Positions 37,180 through 47,231 are shown, counted from the first letter of the stretch. The stretch is 64,000 nt of DNA from Clostridia bacterium (GCA_045576235.1 JAZNGA010000030.1:1-64000); one strand, 5' to 3'. Numbers and translations: made by a program. The notes: generated by a model from the sequence alone, not told the origin.

Positions 37180-37539
37180 ATGAAAGTTGTAGTAAAGAAG
37201 GTAGGAAAGGCTGCCGAAGTAGTAGAAATTGAGAACACACTTAACGCTTACCAGGAAGCGGTCGGAGGACACTTTCAGACGGTGCCGTTTGGTGCATTGT
37301 TCGTGAATTTTGCAAGTTGCGGAAAAGGTGACATGGAAGAAGCTAAGGCGATTGAGGGAGTTATACTCCTTTGTGATGAAGAGGGGATGCTGAAAAACAG
37401 TCCTATTAACTTTACAATGCCTGTTTACGAAGGAATTCGCGGTGATGTTGTTTTTGTCGGTGACGGGGTTGAAGATTTCAGGGACCTTACTGATGAAGAG
37501 GCAGAAGGTGTGCTCAGGAAATTGAAGGAGGAGAAGTAA
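37180..37539 (+). CDS. DUF3846-like phage protein
   Basis: MKVVVKKVGK...VEIENTLNAYQEAVGG resembles DUF3846 N-termini. Confidence 0.4.
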   Translation: MKVVVKKVGKAAEVVEIENTLNAYQEAVGGHFQTVPFGALFVNFASCGKGDMEEAKAIEGVILLCDEEGMLKNSPINFTMPVYEGIRGDVVFVGDGVEDFRDLTDEEAEGVLRKLKEEK

Positions 37540-38043
37540 GTGGGAAGAGGAAAGGCAAAAATAAAAGGAGAGAAATTTCAGATGTCTCCAAGTGAGATTG
37601 TACAGATGTACAAGGAGGCTAAGGAGAAAAGCATTCAAATTAAAATTCTGGCAGAACTGAATTTATGCAGTCAGGATGAAATCAAGGCTATTTTAAGAGA
37701 AAATGGAATCAGACTTCCGGGAGGAGTGAAAAAAGAGGAGAGTGTAAAAACAGAAGTTGAAAATGATGTAAAAAGTGAAATACATACAGAGTCAGATAAT
37801 GATGAAAAATGCTATTCAAATGTTAACGACCTTAAGCGCATTGAGGAGCTAGAGGCGGAGATAAAGGAACTAAAGAGCACTAATGAGGATCTTGAAGATG
37901 AAGCATCAAGTTATCTAAAAGGTTTAGCAGAAATTGAATCTTTAACTGAAATTTTATTATCTGTTGATTTGACATCAATAGAGTCTTTCAAAGGGATTGA
38001 CCTTTTACTTCGTCAAATTAAAGATTGCTGTAGAATTTATTAG
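37540..38043 (+). CDS. Phage hypothetical coiled-coil protein
   Basis: Acidic, coiled-coil-rich. Contiguous with the preceding gene. Confidence 0.4.
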   Translation: MGRGKAKIKGEKFQMSPSEIVQMYKEAKEKSIQIKILAELNLCSQDEIKAILRENGIRLPGGVKKEESVKTEVENDVKSEIHTESDNDEKCYSNVNDLKRIEELEAEIKELKSTNEDLEDEASSYLKGLAEIESLTEILLSVDLTSIESFKGIDLLLRQIKDCCRIY

Positions 38044-38054
38044 GAGAAGATGAA

Positions 38055-38321
38055 ATGAAAACAAAGCTAAAGATAACAGCTGCACTTATTCTGATTGCGT
38101 TGGCGGTGATAATATTACTTGGCCTTGCATCAAATGCGGTGAGACCTGCAAGGATATGTCAGCCGTACATAGTGTCAAAGGGTGAAACTCTTTGGGAAAT
38201 ATCAGAGCAGTTCACTAAAGGAGATAAGTGGAAGTGGCTATATGAAGTGCGAGACATTAACGGCATAAAGGGAAGTATTTATGCAGGTGAGGTTATATAT
38301 GTTTTTGAGGAGGCGAATTAA
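38055..38321 (+). CDS. Small membrane-anchored LysM-like protein
   Basis: N-terminal TM helix plus YIVSKGETLWEIS LysM-like segment. Confidence 0.45.
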   Translation: MKTKLKITAALILIALAVIILLGLASNAVRPARICQPYIVSKGETLWEISEQFTKGDKWKWLYEVRDINGIKGSIYAGEVIYVFEEAN

Positions 38322-38323
38322 AC

Positions 38324-38548
38324 ATGATGGGACAAGCAACTCTGACAGATGATGATGTTTTAAAACTGTTTCTGCAGGGAATATGTATCGATAAGCTTAT
38401 ACAAAAAGTTAAAACGGCAAATGAGGTTACTCTTCCTGCAGCGAAGGGAATGGTCGAGAGAACAATATACAAATATCAGATAGAAGAAATGAAAAAGTCT
38501 GCGCCGCCGAGCAAGACAAACGCAGACCCCATTGTTCATGACAAATGA
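38324..38548 (+). CDS. Phage hypothetical protein
   Basis: ORF with ribosome-binding site ggaggcg. No domain recognised. Confidence 0.35.
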   Translation: MMGQATLTDDDVLKLFLQGICIDKLIQKVKTANEVTLPAAKGMVERTIYKYQIEEMKKSAPPSKTNADPIVHDK

Positions 38549-38744
38549 ACAATTTAATAACAATGTGGTTATTATACCACAATAAAAGGAGAATGTCAAG
38601 TGTACGAGATTACAGATAGAATGATAGATGACTTTTACGGTGAATACGAAAGACCGAGAAGGATTGGAGAGGTTATGAACAGAGGGTTTCTTGACGATAT
38701 TTTAGACGAGGAAGATTCAGCGTTTTACGATGAGGAGGGGGAGT

Positions 38745-39851
38745 ATGAGTAACCTCTCAGTTTTTAGACAGTTAACAACAACGACTCAGGACTGCTTAGC
38801 CGTAATCAAACGTGAGATAGGCATGAAGACAACGTGCATGCCTTTTGCGGTCAAGCTTATTACAGCTCTGTCCACGTTGGAACCTAAGACGGAGCAGGAC
38901 GAGCTTAACGCTGCCAATACTTTGCTTTCAGGATTGCAGACTCTGATGCAGGGCGGAATAGTTGCAGAAGACTATGACAAGATAGATTTTGTAAAGCGCG
39001 GAGGAGCTATTGTTCCTTCTGCAAGAGTTGAGGCTTTCCTCAGAGCTTGTGCAAGAAAAGGCTACCGTATTACCGATACGATTATAGCAGTTCCGCAAGA
39101 TGACAGTGCAACAACATATTTTAAAGAAAATTTTTTTGATGGGGATATTGTTTATACATTAGAAGATAAACGAATCAATCCCGACAGAGCAGTTACTGCA
39201 GAGAGACTTATAAACAAATACTTTTCAAAATTCTTATGCCGTTTAGAGGTCCGTGAGGCTAAAACCAACAAGCGCGTTGTTATGACGGTTTGTGAAATAT
39301 CTGTTGATGATATGATGGCGATAGCCTCGGCATCTGAGCAAGGGTTATATAAGTCTGAATGGGTAGAATATGACACCAAATGGGGCAAGAAAAAGAAGAA
39401 GGTTATAACGGACAAGCTCAACGAGGATACATTTTGGGTTAAGTGGACAGGTGAGATGGTTAACAAGACCATCATCAGAAGGGCACTCAAGAGAATTAAA
39501 GAAGTGCTTCCTGAATTACATGAGTCAATTTATGCTTTTGAGCAGGATGAATACATAAGACCTGAAGAAACGGCTGAGCAAGTAGTGATTGATGTGCCGG
39601 TGGAGGAATATAAGGCAGAAAACGTAAACCTTTATGAGCTGACAACGGAACAACAGTCTGAGTGTCTCGAACTCTATGAGATTTACAAAGCTAATCCAAA
39701 GCTTGCCCAGGATAAGTTCAAGGAAATCAAAAAAGCAATAGACGAGGGAAAAGATGCTCAGGAGATAATCAACGAGGACTATGCGGCACTTGTTGTACTT
39801 AAAAGGTCAAAACCTATGTGGGAAAAGATTGGAGGGTATTTCGGGTGTTAA
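38745..39851 (+). CDS. RecT-like single-strand annealing protein (putative)
   Basis: Sits upstream of a YqaJ-type exonuclease. C-terminal WVKWTGEMVNKTIIRRALKRI resembles the RecT C-terminal block. Ribosome-binding site gaggaggggg. Confidence 0.45.
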   Translation: MSNLSVFRQLTTTTQDCLAVIKREIGMKTTCMPFAVKLITALSTLEPKTEQDELNAANTLLSGLQTLMQGGIVAEDYDKIDFVKRGGAIVPSARVEAFLRACARKGYRITDTIIAVPQDDSATTYFKENFFDGDIVYTLEDKRINPDRAVTAERLINKYFSKFLCRLEVREAKTNKRVVMTVCEISVDDMMAIASASEQGLYKSEWVEYDTKWGKKKKKVITDKLNEDTFWVKWTGEMVNKTIIRRALKRIKEVLPELHESIYAFEQDEYIRPEETAEQVVIDVPVEEYKAENVNLYELTTEQQSECLELYEIYKANPKLAQDKFKEIKKAIDEGKDAQEIINEDYAALVVLKRSKPMWEKIGGYFGC

Positions 39852-40894
39852 GGAAAGTTAAGCTCAAACAAGGCACACTTGCATGGGAAAAGGCAAGGGA
39901 AACGCGCATCGGCTCAAGCGAAGTATTTGACATAGTTAGATATTATGCTACTGACCAAGAACTCCAATACTGCGGATTTAACGCAGAGGATTTCCGTGCA
40001 GAAAAGCCATATACAACTGTATGGGCATTGTATCACAAGATGATAAATGACGGCTTTTACAAACGAGAGGCATTAGCTCCTGAATTTGCAGAGTATGGCC
40101 ACGCAGTAGAGCCTTACGGAGTGTATGAGCTGAACAAGAACAGAAACAGAAAGGTTAAACCCGGAGGAGTATATGCTGATAGCAGGCTTATAGCAAGCCT
40201 CGATGCAGAAGGTATAGCAGAGAAGATCGATGAGATTCCCTTCGATTATGGAGAGGGAACTCCAAAAGCCGGGCAAAGATTTGTGTGCGAACAAAAAAGC
40301 ATGCTTCCCACTGCAGTCAAAAACGGACTGCCATATAAGTACATAGTCCAGGCACAGTATCAGATTATGCAGACCAAAGCTGATTTCTTTATCCTTCAGC
40401 TGATGATTTTAAAAGAGGACTCAGTTTTTATCCGGGGAAAGATTTGTCAGATGTCAAGGCAGACGCGCATTAAATATCTTGATAATAATTTAATGGTAAA
40501 GCTCCTGTATTTTAAAAATAATGTTCATCTGGCAAAGCTTATCGAGAAGTGTCTCAACTTATTTTTTGATGATGTGGAAAACCAAAGAGAGCCGAGACCT
40601 TTTATGGAGTGTGACAACTCTGAAAATGTAATTGAAAGCATAAGACTTAACAGTTTATACAATGACAATCTTGTTCTTCCGTTTGATTTAAGTGAGTATT
40701 TAATTGCACGCGATGAGGACCATAAGGCACAGGCGAGAAGAAGAGGTATTCTGCAGAGGATTTTTGAAACTGCAAAGGAAAGAAACGTCTGCAGATTTCG
40801 TTCTGAAGATGGAACAGTCGGCTCATTTTCCAGAGATGGAAAATTTAGAATTAGATTTCCTAAAGATGAAGGGAGTGACGAGATGTGCAATTAA
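39818..40894 (+). CDS. YqaJ-like (lambda-exonuclease-family, PD-(D/E)xK) recombination exonuclease
   Basis: N-terminal KQGTLAWEKARETRIGSSEV matches the YqaJ signature. GTG start at 39818 or 39845 overlapping recT. Confidence 0.5.
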   Translation: MGKDWRVFRVLRKVKLKQGTLAWEKARETRIGSSEVFDIVRYYATDQELQYCGFNAEDFRAEKPYTTVWALYHKMINDGFYKREALAPEFAEYGHAVEPYGVYELNKNRNRKVKPGGVYADSRLIASLDAEGIAEKIDEIPFDYGEGTPKAGQRFVCEQKSMLPTAVKNGLPYKYIVQAQYQIMQTKADFFILQLMILKEDSVFIRGKICQMSRQTRIKYLDNNLMVKLLYFKNNVHLAKLIEKCLNLFFDDVENQREPRPFMECDNSENVIESIRLNSLYNDNLVLPFDLSEYLIARDEDHKAQARRRGILQRIFETAKERNVCRFRSEDGTVGSFSRDGKFRIRFPKDEGSDEMCN

Positions 40895-42453
40895 GACCAT
40901 ATCAGGAAAAGGCAGTTGCGCACAGTACAGATATGTTATTTGAAAGAGGTAACTCTTTAATTGTTGCCGGCACAGGAGCAGGCAAGACAATAATGCTTGC
41001 AGCTGTTATAGGGAGATTTGTAAATGGCTTTTTTGCTCTTAAAAAAAGAATGCCTCATGTGCTTGTGCTTGTGCATCGAAACGAGATACATAATCAGAAT
41101 CATAAGAAATTCTCTTTGGTTTGCCCTAACATTGCAACAAGCGAAATAACACAGTCAAGGAAGAGTCTTCACGGCAATGTGCATTTTGGAATGGTGCAGA
41201 CGGTGGCAAATTTACTGCCTGAATTTGAAAAGGCAGAAAGCTTCTTTGACCTTATTGTTATTGACGAAGCTCACCATGCGGCCGCTTCTACTTATGAGGA
41301 GATAATCAACAGAAACAGTGTTGGTAAACCCAAAGCAGCTCTTTTAGGAGTTACAGCAACACCAAACAGAGGAGACAAGCTTCCTCTTATACATTTGTTT
41401 GATAACTACTACCAGATAACTGTTAAATATTTAATGGACAGTCATTACTTAGTTCGGCCGAGATTTTTGGACTTGTCTCCGATATTTGATATTGAGGGAA
41501 AAGAGGAAATCGGCCACTTAGCAAAAAACTGCAAAGATGATGTTCCCGGAAGAGCTATGATAGATAATTTATGCGACATGTTCCTGGAAAGGAAAGAGCC
41601 GGGTAAAAGCATTATATTTGCCCCTAGTCATGACTTTTGCGAAAAAATATATGACAGGCTCAAAAGCTCGGGAAGAAATCCTGCATACTTGGGGTTAGGC
41701 TTAGATGATAACTCAAGAAAGGCTGAGCTCGAGAGGTTTGAAAAGGGAGATTCAGATGAGCTTATTAATGTTGATATATGCACAGAAGGATATGACTACC
41801 CTGAGCTTCGCAACCTTGTTGATTTTGACACAAACGGCACGCATGGACAGTGGGTGCAGAAGGTAGGAAGAGTTTTAAGAACTGCTCCCGGAAAGACATC
41901 TGCTACCGTTATCGATTTCGGAGGAAATGTTCAGCTGTATCCTGAGGGAGTTGAGACGGTGGTGCTTTTAGAGGGTGCCATCAAGAAAGAAAAGGGTGAG
42001 CGGTTGACTCAGGAGGATTTATACAAAGGTCCCGCTAAGCAGAAAGAAGTTGAGTTTTTAGGCAAGGCTGATGAAACATACAGTCCGTATCATCTTCCTG
42101 AAGGATTTGAGACAGTAAATGATGCTGACTTTGGTATTGTATATGCTTCCTGTGGGCAGAAAAATGACTGCATAATCTTAGAATATGATGGGGTATATAA
42201 TCTTTACCTTGGAGACAAGAAAAGCATAAAGGGAATAAAACAAGGCGATTTTGATACATGCATGAAAGCGGCTATTGAAATCGTGGGTGTTGTCCCTTCG
42301 TCAGATAAGCCGATTAGTAATATTCAGATTAAACTTCTTGCTCCAGAATATCCTACACAAACACTTACCTGGGACGGAGCAAACTGCTGTATATGCTTTA
42401 AAACTTGGAAAGCGGATATAGTTGCCGATTTAGAGGGAAGTGATGCGATATGA
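40885..42453 (+). CDS. DEAD/DEAH-box (SF2, res-subunit-like) helicase
   Basis: Walker A GTGAGKT and DEAH box VIDEAHH. Confidence 0.7.
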   Translation: MQLRPYQEKAVAHSTDMLFERGNSLIVAGTGAGKTIMLAAVIGRFVNGFFALKKRMPHVLVLVHRNEIHNQNHKKFSLVCPNIATSEITQSRKSLHGNVHFGMVQTVANLLPEFEKAESFFDLIVIDEAHHAAASTYEEIINRNSVGKPKAALLGVTATPNRGDKLPLIHLFDNYYQITVKYLMDSHYLVRPRFLDLSPIFDIEGKEEIGHLAKNCKDDVPGRAMIDNLCDMFLERKEPGKSIIFAPSHDFCEKIYDRLKSSGRNPAYLGLGLDDNSRKAELERFEKGDSDELINVDICTEGYDYPELRNLVDFDTNGTHGQWVQKVGRVLRTAPGKTSATVIDFGGNVQLYPEGVETVVLLEGAIKKEKGERLTQEDLYKGPAKQKEVEFLGKADETYSPYHLPEGFETVNDADFGIVYASCGQKNDCIILEYDGVYNLYLGDKKSIKGIKQGDFDTCMKAAIEIVGVVPSSDKPISNIQIKLLAPEYPTQTLTWDGANCCICFKTWKADIVADLEGSDAI

Positions 42454-43091
42454 TTGCGCCCGGAAGAATTACAGCGTATGACGGAGAGATTCTGACAGTT
42501 AAGGTCCCTTTTTATGACATTGAATTTATAAAGAGAAAATCGGTAAGAAGTGTCCAGGTTCATATCGACGACGGCAGGTGTATCACGGCCGACCAAAGAA
42601 AAAAGCTTTATGCTACATTTAATGATATATCAGAATACACAGGACACATACCCGAGTATATAAAAGAGTTTATGAAGTATGACTTCATAGCTGAAACAGG
42701 CCATTCCTTCTTTTCACTATCTGATGTTAGTGTGAGTACGGCGAAAGAGTTTTTAGAGCATGTAATTGAGTTTTGTGTTATACATGGAATTCCTACTAAA
42801 GATTCACTTCTTTCCCGTACTCCTGACATCGCAAGGTATGTTTACAGATGTGCTTTAGAAAAGAAGTGCTGCATCACAGGGAAGAAAGCTGAGCTTCATC
42901 ACTTAGATGCGGTTGGCATGGGTAGGAAAAGAAAGGATATTATTCATTTGGGTATGGAAGTTATACCTCTGTCAGCTGAACTGCATCGTGAAGCTCACAC
43001 TATAGGGAAAAAGAGTTTCTGTGAAAAATATCATGTATGCGGTGTGACAGCAGACGGAGAGATATGCAAGAAATATGGTTTAAAATATTAG
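42450..43091 (+). CDS. Phage replication-module protein of unknown function (213 aa, His/Cys-rich C-terminus)
   Basis: ATGA overlap with the helicase. C-terminal HH...H...H...C...C pattern. Confidence 0.4.
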   Translation: MIAPGRITAYDGEILTVKVPFYDIEFIKRKSVRSVQVHIDDGRCITADQRKKLYATFNDISEYTGHIPEYIKEFMKYDFIAETGHSFFSLSDVSVSTAKEFLEHVIEFCVIHGIPTKDSLLSRTPDIARYVYRCALEKKCCITGKKAELHHLDAVGMGRKRKDIIHLGMEVIPLSAELHREAHTIGKKSFCEKYHVCGVTADGEICKKYGLKY

Positions 43092-43107
43092 GAAGGAGGA
43101 GTGACTT

Positions 43108-43530
43108 ATCAATAAAGTTATTTTAGTAGGAAGACTTACAAAGGACCCGGAACTGAAAAGCACACCGTCCGGAGTTTCGGTGTGCAGTTTTACGGTAGCC
43201 TGCGACAGAAAATATCAGAAGGAAGGAGAGCGGCAGGCTGATTTTATAAGCTGTGTTGCATGGAGAAATACTGCAGAGTTTATTTCTAAGTATTTTCCCA
43301 AAGGCACCAGGATAGCCTTAGAAGGAAGCATACAAACGCGGTCATGGGATGATAATGACGGTAATAAGAGGTATGCAACCGAGGTTGTAGTAGAACATGC
43401 TGAATTCGCTCAGAGCAAGGGTGAAGGAAGCGATAGGATAAGCGATGTTTCGCAGGCGGAAGAAATGCCAAAGGGAGATATAGATGGCTTTATGCCAATA
43501 GATGATGAGGATTTACCATTTGAAATTTAG
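43108..43530 (+). CDS. ssb: Single-stranded DNA-binding protein (SSB)
   Basis: INKVILVGRLTKDPEL OB-fold N-terminus and acidic tail DDEDLPFEI. Frame opens right after a TGA. Only ATC 43108 sits 7 nt after AGGAGGA; the first ATG (43180) would truncate the OB fold. Confidence 0.7.
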   Translation: MNKVILVGRLTKDPELKSTPSGVSVCSFTVACDRKYQKEGERQADFISCVAWRNTAEFISKYFPKGTRIALEGSIQTRSWDDNDGNKRYATEVVVEHAEFAQSKGEGSDRISDVSQAEEMPKGDIDGFMPIDDEDLPFEI

Positions 43531-43542
43531 GAGGTATGAGAC

Positions 43543-44115
43543 GTGGCGAGACCAATTAAAAAAGGTCTTGACTACTTTCCTTTAGATGTTATCCTTGATG
43601 ACGATATAAAACTGATTGAAGCGAGGTATGGTTTAAAAGGGTTTGCGATAATCGTTAAGCTTTATCAAAAGATATATGGTGAGCTTGGTTATTATTGCGA
43701 ATGGACAAAAGAGGTGGAGTCATTATTTGCATATTACAATCATGCAGGTGGTGGCTTGGTGTCTGAAATAATAGAGGCTTCAATTAGCAGAGGTATTTTT
43801 GACGGAAATGTTTTTCAAAAATTTAACGTATTGACTTCCAGAGGAATCCAAGAAAGGTATTTGGAGGCGGTTGAAAGAAGGAAAAAAATTGAACTCAAAA
43901 GGGAATACCTTTTATTAACTATACCTGAAATCAGGGAAATTGTAGGCGAAAACTCGATTAATGTTAACATTAACTCAATTAATGGTGACATTAATTCACA
44001 AATAAAACTAAAGGAAATAAAAGAAGACGATTATTATATATCAGATGAGACAGAGGAAGAACCATTCGTTGATAAATTGCTTTTAAGGGAGGTTGCAAAT
44101 GAGAATGCAGATTAG
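43543..44115 (+). CDS. DUF4373 (Lin1244/Lin1753-like) phage replisome-organizer N-terminal domain protein
   Basis: GTG start. ARPIKKGLDYFPLDV...FAIIVKLYQKIY matches DUF4373. Confidence 0.5.
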   Translation: MARPIKKGLDYFPLDVILDDDIKLIEARYGLKGFAIIVKLYQKIYGELGYYCEWTKEVESLFAYYNHAGGGLVSEIIEASISRGIFDGNVFQKFNVLTSRGIQERYLEAVERRKKIELKREYLLLTIPEIREIVGENSINVNINSINGDINSQIKLKEIKEDDYYISDETEEEPFVDKLLLREVANENAD

Positions 44116-44515
44116 TTTTACTATACCGGGAGAACCTTGTGCTAAAGGTCGGCCAAGGTTTACTCATCAGGGACATGCATACACACCTGAGAAAACGACA
44201 AACTTCGAGACCTTAGTTAAGTATGAATACATAAATCAATGTGACAGATACAGATTCGCAGACGATGCTCAGCTGGCATTAGATGTTGTAGCATACAGAA
44301 GTATTCCTAAAAGCACGAGCAAAAAGAAACGTGCTCTGATGGAAGCAGGTGCGATATTACCTATCACTAAACCTGATTGGGACAATATCGGGAAGATTGT
44401 ATCTGATAGCTTAAATAACATAGCATATCGTGATGACTCTCAGATTGTAGATAGCAGGGTTCGGAAGATATACTCAAACGAGCCAAGAACAGAAATAAGA
44501 ATATGGGAAATATAG
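44099..44515 (+). CDS. rusA: RusA-family Holliday-junction resolvase
   Basis: GEPCAKGRPRF, DWDNIGK, YRDDSQI motifs. Confidence 0.75.
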   Translation: MRMQISFTIPGEPCAKGRPRFTHQGHAYTPEKTTNFETLVKYEYINQCDRYRFADDAQLALDVVAYRSIPKSTSKKKRALMEAGAILPITKPDWDNIGKIVSDSLNNIAYRDDSQIVDSRVRKIYSNEPRTEIRIWEI

Positions 44516-44531
44516 AAAAAGGAGAAGGAAT

Positions 44532-44771
44532 ATGAAAAATACTTTATCTGATTTAAACAACTATCTTTTTGAAAGTATAGAACGCTTGCTCGATGATGAA
44601 CTATCAGATGATGAATTGGAAAAGGAAATAAAGAGAACTGAGACCGTGCAGAAAGTGGCAAAGACTATTATTGATAATGGAGCCTTAGCGCTGCAGGCCA
44701 AGAGGCATTTTGACGAATATGGGATAGAGCAAAATGTGGAGATTCCTCTGCTTGGTATTACAGATAAATGA
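44532..44771 (+). CDS. Phage hypothetical acidic protein
   Basis: Ribosome-binding site aaaggagaagg. No recognised domain. Confidence 0.4.
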   Translation: MKNTLSDLNNYLFESIERLLDDELSDDELEKEIKRTETVQKVAKTIIDNGALALQAKRHFDEYGIEQNVEIPLLGITDK

Positions 44772-44821
44772 CTGGCCGAAGAAAATGCAAACTTGAGGGA
44801 AAGGATAAAGAAGCTTGAACA

Positions 44822-45442
44822 ATGGTAGGACATAAATATACTGAAGAAGAACATAAATTCCTGCAGTCGTTTATACCGGGACACACCTATAAAGAGATAG
44901 TTGCCGAATACAACAAAAGATTTAGTGAGCATATAACCGAATCAAGAGTAAAAGGATATATGGCAAACCACAAAATAAATAACGGATTGACAGGCAGATT
45001 TAAGAAAGGCAATGTTCCGTTTAATAAAGGAAAAAAGGGTGTTTGTGCAAAAGGTTGTGAAAAAACTTGGTTTGCGGAAGGTAATCTGCCACATAATACA
45101 AAGCCTGTCGGGTATGAGCGTGTTACAAAGGACGGATATATTGAGGTCAAAATCAAAATGAGACCGAGCCATCCGAGTTGTAACGACAATTTTAAGCTCA
45201 AACACCGTCTTGTGTGGGAAGAAGCTCACGGACCTATCCCGAATGGTTGCAATATAATCTTCTTGGACGGAAATAGACAAAATTGCGACCTTGAAAACCT
45301 TGCCATTGTAACTAAAGCAGAACATCAACAGATGACAAGGCGCGGCTTGAGAAGTGAGTTTCCACAAATAACAGAAACAGGCATACTTATAGCGAGAGCA
45401 GGAGTGGCTTCACAGAAAGCAAAAAAGAAAAGAAAAAATTAA
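44822..45442 (+). CDS. HNH endonuclease (HNH_3-type)
   Basis: HRLVWEEAHGPIPNGCNIIFLDGNRQNCDLENL. Confidence 0.65.
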   Translation: MVGHKYTEEEHKFLQSFIPGHTYKEIVAEYNKRFSEHITESRVKGYMANHKINNGLTGRFKKGNVPFNKGKKGVCAKGCEKTWFAEGNLPHNTKPVGYERVTKDGYIEVKIKMRPSHPSCNDNFKLKHRLVWEEAHGPIPNGCNIIFLDGNRQNCDLENLAIVTKAEHQQMTRRGLRSEFPQITETGILIARAGVASQKAKKKRKN

Positions 45443-45626
45443 AAAAAAGAAAGGTGATACAAATGGAAAATTTTATTAACATCAAAGGCAAAAACATTGC
45501 TCTGACAGATGAGCAGATAGCAGAAATTGAGAGAAGCTTTAGATTAAACCAGGTGGAGCTCAAGACAATTACTGAAGCTTGGAAAATTGATGGATGAGAA
45601 AATAGAGAAAATTTTAGGAAGTGTAA

Positions 45627-45908
45627 ATGATGAGCAAAAAGAAAAACCCTGCTGTGCATCTTAAACAGTCTGATGTGAAGAGGATAAAGAGAGAAGCTGC
45701 AGACAGTGCGCTTAACTATGCTGTGATATTATTGCTTTCAGTAATGCACGATAAGTGCGGTTACAGAAGAAAGAGGCTTAAGAGGTTATATTCGCAGATT
45801 GTAGCATTGTCTGAATCAATAGCAGAAGGATATGTTAATCTGCATGAGCTGAAGGAGATGCTAAGCAAGGAAGCTAAGCTGACGATTGATTTAAGGGGGA
45901 AGTATTGA
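45627..45908 (+). CDS. Phage hypothetical protein
   Basis: ORF with upstream ribosome-binding site. Confidence 0.35.
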   Translation: MMSKKKNPAVHLKQSDVKRIKREAADSALNYAVILLLSVMHDKCGYRRKRLKRLYSQIVALSESIAEGYVNLHELKEMLSKEAKLTIDLRGKY

Positions 45909-46333
45909 TGCGTGATAGACTGTTTAGGGGAAAAAGAAAAGACAACGGTGAGTGGGTTTATGGTTGGTTAGGACATTTGCATTGCCATAATCCACAAGCA
46001 AAAACCATAGAATCCATATATTTTACCGAAATAACAGAAGACCATAATGACAAGATGAACATTATTGTCGACTATAAGACAGTAGGACAATACACAGGAA
46101 GAAACATCGGAGAGCAGAAGGTCTTTGAAGGAGATATTCTTCAGAACGGTACGGGTGTATATATCGTATGCTGGGACGAGAAGTTCCTACAGTGGCATGT
46201 GGTCAACAAGAAGGGCAATGGGTGCTTTAATTTGAATGCACTTTTGACTGATAAGAAAAGACCATGCAAACTCATCGGCAATGTACATGACAATCCTGAA
46301 CTTTTAAAAGGAGACAAAAATGAAACTGCATAA
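45905..46333 (+). CDS. YopX-family phage protein
   Basis: Pattern ...VGQYTGRNIGEQKVFEGDIL... resembles YopX. Confidence 0.4.
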   Translation: MMRDRLFRGKRKDNGEWVYGWLGHLHCHNPQAKTIESIYFTEITEDHNDKMNIIVDYKTVGQYTGRNIGEQKVFEGDILQNGTGVYIVCWDEKFLQWHVVNKKGNGCFNLNALLTDKKRPCKLIGNVHDNPELLKGDKNETA

Positions 46334-46496
46334 GTGTGATTGTGAATTTGCTATATTTCCTTTTGGAAATTATGCTCCTATTTGTATTAGGGTGATGGAA
46401 CAAACAAAAGATAGAAAAGACTTAATACAGTGCAATGAACAAGGGTGCAAATGGTATAAGAAAAGAGGGAGGAATGAAAATGAACTTAGAAAATGA
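46320..46496 (+). CDS. Possible 58-aa Cys-rich small protein (not in ORF track)
   Basis: Ribosome-binding site aaaggagac 5 nt before ATG. CxC...C...C...C pattern. Confidence 0.3.
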   Translation: MKLHKCDCEFAIFPFGNYAPICIRVMEQTKDRKDLIQCNEQGCKWYKKRGRNENELRK

Positions 46497-46665
46497 AATC
46501 AGGGACATTATATCAACTAAATTAAACGACGGAACCATAGAAAAGGCTGTGTCTGAGCAGTTAGAAAAATGCATCAATAACGTAACGGAAAATTTATTTA
46601 AAAGCTATGGGGAAGTGGGGAAGAAAATCGAAGAAAAATTGAAAAAATTATGGTCCCAGCTATAG
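46474..46665 (+). CDS. Phage hypothetical protein
   Basis: Start taken at MKMNLEN after ribosome-binding site aagagggagg (the ORF track starts earlier, at 46435). Confidence 0.35.
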   Translation: MKMNLENEIRDIISTKLNDGTIEKAVSEQLEKCINNVTENLFKSYGEVGKKIEEKLKKLWSQL

Positions 46666-47231
46666 AATCACATGACTTTTCAACGCATCTTGTAAAACTG
46701 GATGCGATATTAACCGAAATAGTAAACTCTACAGCTCTGCAGGAAAATAAGAAGATTCTTGAAAACTTTAAAGAGTTTATGGTGGAAGAACAATCTCAGA
46801 AAAACTTTACTATAACGGATTTGTTTGAAAAATACTGCGAGTTTGTAGCTGATAATGTGGAAACATCAGAATTAGAAGTATATCATGATGATGAACCATA
46901 TTATGAAAGCGTGAACGTGAGTGTATCGGTAGAACATGATGATGACAGAAAATGGTCGTTATTTAAACATTGTAAGGTAATTTTTGAATGTGAAGAAGAC
47001 GAGAATATGAATTATGTACTCAATTTATCAAGATATTCTGATTCTCGCAGTGAGACGAACAAATGGGACGCTAGATTCGAGATTAATCCTACAATAAGCT
47101 CACTCCGATACATGAGCCAGTTTGAAGTGTTCCTAGCTAAATTGACTAGAAGATTCTGCGATATAATCGTTGACGAGGAATACATAAGCGACACTGTAAC
47201 GCCAAAAGCAACACCTGAACCATCATTTTAA
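46650..47231 (+). CDS. Phage hypothetical acidic protein
   Basis: 193-aa ORF overlapping the previous stop. Confidence 0.4.
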   Translation: MVPAIESHDFSTHLVKLDAILTEIVNSTALQENKKILENFKEFMVEEQSQKNFTITDLFEKYCEFVADNVETSELEVYHDDEPYYESVNVSVSVEHDDDRKWSLFKHCKVIFECEEDENMNYVLNLSRYSDSRSETNKWDARFEINPTISSLRYMSQFEVFLAKLTRRFCDIIVDEEYISDTVTPKATPEPSF

